Source: an uncultured bacterium
Lineage (GTDB): Bacteria; Margulisbacteria; WOR-1; CAVSGV01
Assembly: GCA_963727815.1 (NCBI GenBank)
Contig: CAVSGV010000001.1
Location: 12,055 to 76,054 of the forward strand
Length of the DNA: 64,000 nt
Direction of reading: 5' to 3'
In this document: positions 59,885-64,000 of the stretch, one piece after another
Layout of the letters: each line of letters starts with the position of its first letter
Position numbering within the stretch: the stretch's first letter is position 1
Notes under the pieces: generated by a model
What the model saw: the letters and a program-made list of their open reading frames with translations, nothing else
Told to the model about the DNA's origin: nothing
Databases searched by the model: none
Program-made: the position numbers and the translations under genes

Positions 59885-61065
59885 TTAATCTTTGGTGCGC
59901 GCGACTTTGACGCGTCAAATTCTTCCGGCCTCACGTCTATGAACCCGAAATAATGCAGCAGCGCGCCCACAATGCGCTCGCTGGCTTTGCCGTCCCCGTA
60001 AGGATTTACGGACCTTGCCATTTTTTCATATTCTCCGTTGTTCGACAAGAGATTCTCCACTTCTTTCATTATGTTCTCTGTGTTTGAACCGACCACTTTC
60101 ACCGTGCACGCCATTACGGCTTCCGGCCGCTCTGTTTCCTCGCGCAGGACCAGCACGGGCTTGCCCAGCGACGGAGCCTCTTCCTGAACCCCGCCCGAAT
60201 CCGTAAGGATAAGGTATGAGCTTTTCATCAGATGAATGAACGGCTCGTAATCAAGAGGATCGATAAGCTGGACGTTCGCGGATGATGAGAGTATGCCTCT
60301 TACCGTTTCGGAGACGATGGGATTTTTGTGCACCGGTAATATCACGGTGGCGATCTCCTTGTGCTTATGAGCTATCTTTTTCACAGCTTCGCATATGCTG
60401 CGCAGCGGAGCTCCGAAGCTCTCCCGCCTGTGGACCGTAACAAGAATGAGCTTCTTCGATCTCTCCCTTATGTTTATTTTCGCCTGCCTTAAGTTGTATG
60501 GTCTCTTGGCCACCATGTAAAGCGCGTCAATGACCGTGTTGCCAGTAAGGTAAATTGACGATTTGTTCACTCCCTCCGCTGTCAGGTTTTTCGACGCTGC
60601 CTGCGTGGGCGCGAAATGGATGTCGGCCATAGCGGTGGTAAGCCGCCTGTTCATTTCTTCGGGGAACGGATAATATTTTTTTCCGGTCCTGAGCCCCGCC
60701 TCGACGTGGCCGATGGGAATGTGCTGATAGAAAGCGGCGAGCGAGGAAGCGAAAGTCGTGGAAGTATCGCCCTGGACCAGCACTATGTCGGGATGTTCGC
60801 GGATGATTATGTCTTCCAGTCCCTGGAGGCAGCTGCTGACGATGGAAGAGAGCGTCTGCTCCTTTTCCATTATCATAAGATCGTAGTCAGGCTGCAGATC
60901 GAAAACTTTCAGGACCTGGTCCAGCATTTCCCGGTGCTGTCCCGTGACAACGATTATGGGATCGAAGACATCCAGGTGTTTTTTCGTCTCCGCGATGAGC
61001 GGCGCCATCTTGACCGCTTCGGGCCGCGTCCCGAAAACAAAAAGTATTTTTTTCTTGTGTATCAC
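59881..61065 (-). CDS. wecB: UDP-N-acetylglucosamine 2-epimerase (non-hydrolysing)
   Basis: 394 aa: KILFVFGTRPEAVKMAPL...GHVEAGLRTG...DSGGVQEEAPSLGKPVLVLR. Confidence 0.93.
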   Translation of the reverse strand: MIHKKKILFVFGTRPEAVKMAPLIAETKKHLDVFDPIIVVTGQHREMLDQVLKVFDLQPDYDLMIMEKEQTLSSIVSSCLQGLEDIIIREHPDIVLVQGDTSTTFASSLAAFYQHIPIGHVEAGLRTGKKYYPFPEEMNRRLTTAMADIHFAPTQAASKNLTAEGVNKSSIYLTGNTVIDALYMVAKRPYNLRQAKINIRERSKKLILVTVHRRESFGAPLRSICEAVKKIAHKHKEIATVILPVHKNPIVSETVRGILSSSANVQLIDPLDYEPFIHLMKSSYLILTDSGGVQEEAPSLGKPVLVLREETERPEAVMACTVKVVGSNTENIMKEVENLLSNNGEYEKMARSVNPYGDGKASERIVGALLHYFGFIDVRPEEFDASKSRAPKIK

Positions 61066-62138
61066 TTCTTGTTGTCCCCGTTCTGGAAAGCGATGTTCCT
61101 CAAGACGTCCTTCGCGAAATCCAGCGCGATTATCCCCGCCACCACGAATATGGAAAGGAAAATGAACGTCTGATAATTATTCAACTCCTCGGCGGCCAGC
61201 GACGCCAGGCTTAATATGACGCACGCTATATAAATGATGATGACGACCTGCCTCTGATTGAACCCGGCCTTCAGAAGACGGTGATGCAGGTGTTTCTTAT
61301 CCGCTTCGAAGATGGATCTTCCCGCGATGGTCCTTCTTATGACGGCGGTCGCGATGTCGTAGATGGGGACTGCCAGCACAGCCACCGGTATTATCAGCGC
61401 TATGACAAGAGTGCTCTTAAGCACTCCGACGATCGATGCGCACGCGAGCATGAACCCAAAAAAAAGGCTGCCTGAATCTCCCAGGAAGATCGAGGCAGGG
61501 AAAAAATTGTACCTGAGGAATCCCAGCGACGCGCCGCAGAGAGCCGCGAGGATCAGCGCGGAATCGCATTGGCCCATCTTGACTGCGACTATAAAAAGAG
61601 CAACGGATGCGATGAGGGTGACGCCGGAAGCAAGCCCGTCAAGGCCGTCGATAAGGTTTATCGCGTTGGTAATGGATACCATCCAGATGATGGTAACGGG
61701 AATTGCCCACGCGCCAAGCATTATGACCTTCGTGAAAGGCGTGGAGAAGAAAAGTATGCGCGCGCCGAAATAAACTGCGATGCATGATGCGATGATCTGC
61801 CCCGCGAGCTTTAAGAGCGCCGGCATGTCTTTCATGTCGTCCACCATGCCGATGATAGTCATCAGCAGTCCGGCGAGGATAATGCCGATAAGACCCGTGA
61901 ACTCATCCGGTTTGATGTTGAGCCCGAAATACCTGAAGAGGTACATTCCCAAAACCAGCGCGGCTATGAAGCTGATGCATATCGAAAGGCCGCCGAAACG
62001 AGTGATTATTTTTTTGTGGACCTTCCTGCGCGACGGACGGTCAACGGCCCCAAATTTCAAGGCGACCCATCTTGCCGCCGGAGTGAATATCAGCGTCAGG
62101 AACGCGGAAACAGCGAAAACCAAGAGGTATAACTTCAT
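61062..62138 (-). CDS. Polyprenyl-phosphate N-acetylhexosamine-1-phosphate transferase (WecA/MraY family, GT4)
   Basis: 358 aa with about 10 TM segments, MVDDMKDM (the DDxxD-type motif), NAINLIDGLDGLA and HLHHRL. Confidence 0.9.
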   Translation of the reverse strand: MKLYLLVFAVSAFLTLIFTPAARWVALKFGAVDRPSRRKVHKKIITRFGGLSICISFIAALVLGMYLFRYFGLNIKPDEFTGLIGIILAGLLMTIIGMVDDMKDMPALLKLAGQIIASCIAVYFGARILFFSTPFTKVIMLGAWAIPVTIIWMVSITNAINLIDGLDGLASGVTLIASVALFIVAVKMGQCDSALILAALCGASLGFLRYNFFPASIFLGDSGSLFFGFMLACASIVGVLKSTLVIALIIPVAVLAVPIYDIATAVIRRTIAGRSIFEADKKHLHHRLLKAGFNQRQVVIIIYIACVILSLASLAAEELNNYQTFIFLSIFVVAGIIALDFAKDVLRNIAFQNGDNKK

Positions 62139-62181
62139 ATGATCGGACGTATTTTATCATAGAAGAGTATGGCGTTCTATG

Positions 62182-62718
62182 TTATTTCCTGGCGGCTTTC
62201 AGGGCGGTCGCGTACCAGAAAAGCTCATCGAGGAAGGCTTTTACCCTGTCCTTATACAACTCGTCAATGATTTTCCCGTTGGCGTCAAAAAGTTTCTGTA
62301 CGACCGGGAAATAAAGCGTTTCCCGGATGGAAACCATGCAGAGTTCGGCGACCACCTGCCTCAGCTGTTCCACAACCCTCGCTCCGCCCAGCGCTCCGGA
62401 CGAGACCCCGCAGAATCCCACCGGTTTTTTCGCGTATTCGGGCCTGAGCATGTCCAGCATCATCTTGAGTTCGCCCGGGTAGCCGTGATTGTATTCTGGG
62501 CTAACTATTACAAGCGCGTCGGCAAGTTTCATCTTCTGCGAAAGTTTCATCGCCTGGACGGATTCTTCCGTTTTGTCGGTAGCTTCTATCCTGTAATCCC
62601 GGACGTCGATTATCTCGGTCCTTACGCCGAGAGTGTTCACCTCCGTGACCATGTAATTCGCCACTTTTTCCGATTCGCGGCCCATCCTAGCGGTGCCAAG
62701 CATTACAGGTATGAACAT
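62182..62718 (-). CDS. NAD(P)H-dependent FMN reductase family protein
   Basis: 178 aa: ...GTARMGRESEKVA...ALVIVSPEYNHGYPGELK..., the flavodoxin-like FMN_red pattern. Confidence 0.85.
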   Translation of the reverse strand: MFIPVMLGTARMGRESEKVANYMVTEVNTLGVRTEIIDVRDYRIEATDKTEESVQAMKLSQKMKLADALVIVSPEYNHGYPGELKMMLDMLRPEYAKKPVGFCGVSSGALGGARVVEQLRQVVAELCMVSIRETLYFPVVQKLFDANGKIIDELYKDRVKAFLDELFWYATALKAARK

Positions 62719-62772
62719 GTGATCCTCCTTTTCGGTTTTGTGTACGCGTTAAATAGTATATAATAAATCGCC

Positions 62773-63528
62773 ATGAAAACAATAAAAAGATATCTGACCT
62801 GGCAGGTCGTATTCGGTGTTTCCCTTCTCGTCCTTTCTGCCGTGATATATTTCATCCATTTTCTGTTGTTCAGGGACACGGTGTTCATCTTCAAGGAAAT
62901 GATAAACGACCTTGCGTTCATTCCGATCGAAGTATTGATAGTCACTCTCATAATCAACCAGCTTCTTGAACAACGCGAAAGAGCCGGCCTTCTGAACAAG
63001 CTGAACATGGTCATCGGCGCTTTCTTCAGCGAGATAGGCAACGACATGCTGATAAAGCTGTCATCGTTCGATCCTTGCGCCGGTAAAATAGCGAGCGACC
63101 TGGCGGTCAAGCCGGACTGGACCGACAAGGAATTCAAAGATGTGGGAAATATGATCAGCGGATATTCCTGTGAAGTGAGAATGAGCGTGGATAATCTTGT
63201 TTCCCTTCAGGAGCTTTTCAGGAAGAACCGCCCGTATCTGTTAAGGATGCTGGAGAACCCGAACCTCCTGGAGCACGACAGGTTCACGGAACTTCTTTGG
63301 GCGGTCTTTCATCTTTCGGAGGAGCTTCATCAAAGGCAGAACGTTCGCGAGCTTCCAAAAAGCGATATCGAACATCTTTCCGTTGATATCAAGAGAGCAT
63401 ATGCGCTGTTGATCACGGAATGGCTGTTTTACATGAAGCACCTGAAGGAAAATTATCCATTCCTTTTCTCTCTGGCAATAAGGATGAACCCGTTCGACAG
63501 CAGGGCTTCAGTCATCGTTAAGAAATGA
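62773..63528 (+). CDS. Hypothetical membrane protein
   Basis: 251 aa with two N-terminal TM helices, then a helical soluble domain. No family recognised. Confidence 0.6.
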   Translation: MKTIKRYLTWQVVFGVSLLVLSAVIYFIHFLLFRDTVFIFKEMINDLAFIPIEVLIVTLIINQLLEQRERAGLLNKLNMVIGAFFSEIGNDMLIKLSSFDPCAGKIASDLAVKPDWTDKEFKDVGNMISGYSCEVRMSVDNLVSLQELFRKNRPYLLRMLENPNLLEHDRFTELLWAVFHLSEELHQRQNVRELPKSDIEHLSVDIKRAYALLITEWLFYMKHLKENYPFLFSLAIRMNPFDSRASVIVKK

Positions 63529-64000
63529 AGGTGAATATCTCCGCGGCATCTTTCCTGTTCTTTGCGTGAGGTCCCATATCTTTCGGATATCCCAGGGTCA
63601 GCATCGCGACCACTTCCTGGTCGGCGGGTATATTCAATATCTTCTTTACTCTTTTCTCGTCGAACCAGCCTATCCAGCATGAACCGACTCGCAGGTCCCA
63701 TGCGGTAAGGACCATGTGCTCAAGCGCTATCGCCACGTCAAGGTAATACCACTTCTTGTTCACGATGAACGACATCACCTTGTGGAGCAGGTCGATGGGT
63801 CCCGCGGTCGCGACAATGACAGCCGGAGCCTTGGCGATGAAAGAATTGATGACAACTCGCGTGCCGATGGGCATTTTTTCGCTCATCAATTCTATCTTTT
63901 CCCTGTTGGTCACCACGTAAAAATGCCAAGGCTGGGAATTTGAGGCAGAGGGCGCGAGATTCGCAGATTCAAGGATGAGATCAAGCTTTTCCTTCTCTAC
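63518..64000 (-). CDS. Nitroreductase family protein (5' end beyond window)
   Basis: The open frame continues to base 64000: ...VEKEKLDLILESANLAPSASNSQPWHFYVVTNREKIEL...LDVAIALEHMVLTAWDLRVGSCWIGWFDE. The ORF-track GTG at 63916 is internal. Confidence 0.8.
   Translation of the reverse strand, partial: VEKEKLDLILESANLAPSASNSQPWHFYVVTNREKIELMSEKMPIGTRVVINSFIAKAPAVIVATAGPIDLLHKVMSFIVNKKWYYLDVAIALEHMVLTAWDLRVGSCWIGWFDEKRVKKILNIPADQEVVAMLTLGYPKDMGPHAKNRKDAAEIFTFIS

Overview
This is a 64-kb bacterial chromosomal window, probably from an uncultivated lineage or MAG; I make no firm taxonomic call. Most of it is ordinary housekeeping, largely on the minus strand. In order: fusA(partial)-rpsG-rpsL-rpoC-rpoB-rplL-rplJ-rplA-rplK-nusG-secE-tRNA-Trp-rpmG (1-11957), metE, rimI, then after the array trxA, a radical-SAM activase, rsmH, ftsL, a beta-barrel/SppA fusion, gltX, a GH116 glycosidase, speB, pcm, rpsA, pyrE-pyrF, trpB-trpA, clpC, pyrG, a CorC/CNNM transporter, dgkA, ybeY, murA, a complete F1Fo ATP synthase operon (atpZ-B-E-F-H-A-G-D-C), wecB, a WecA/MraY-family transferase, an FMN reductase, a membrane protein and a partial nitroreductase.

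The stand-out is 15092-28329, a visibly more AT-rich, 13.2-kb array of 11 minus-strand ORFs separated by only 3-20 nt. It starts with a secreted tandem-repeat protein, then a secreted 7-repeat propeller-like protein fused to an NlpC/P60 peptidase domain. Four repeated units follow, each a signal-peptide propeller/Ig protein plus a small leaderless NlpC/P60. A fifth, longer propeller/Ig paralogue closes the array.

A block of about 0.6 kb spanning the 3' end of each large gene, the short spacer and the 5' end of the following P60 gene is nearly identical between units. The rest of each unit is strongly diverged. One large gene is frameshifted, and one P60 gene is reduced to a remnant without its catalytic core. 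I regard this array as the candidate undescribed system: a polymorphic secreted cell-envelope-targeting toolkit maintained by recombination. This is a hypothesis.

Other points:
- Frame breaks occur in essential or conserved genes (rpsL twice, dgkA in a G-run). These suggest consensus errors, so every pseudogene call here needs read-level confirmation.
- Several small repeat or hairpin families and heptamer-periodic intergenic spacers are present.
- A 430-bp intergenic region has features of a small-RNA gene.

All identity and GC statements are by-eye estimates, not computations.
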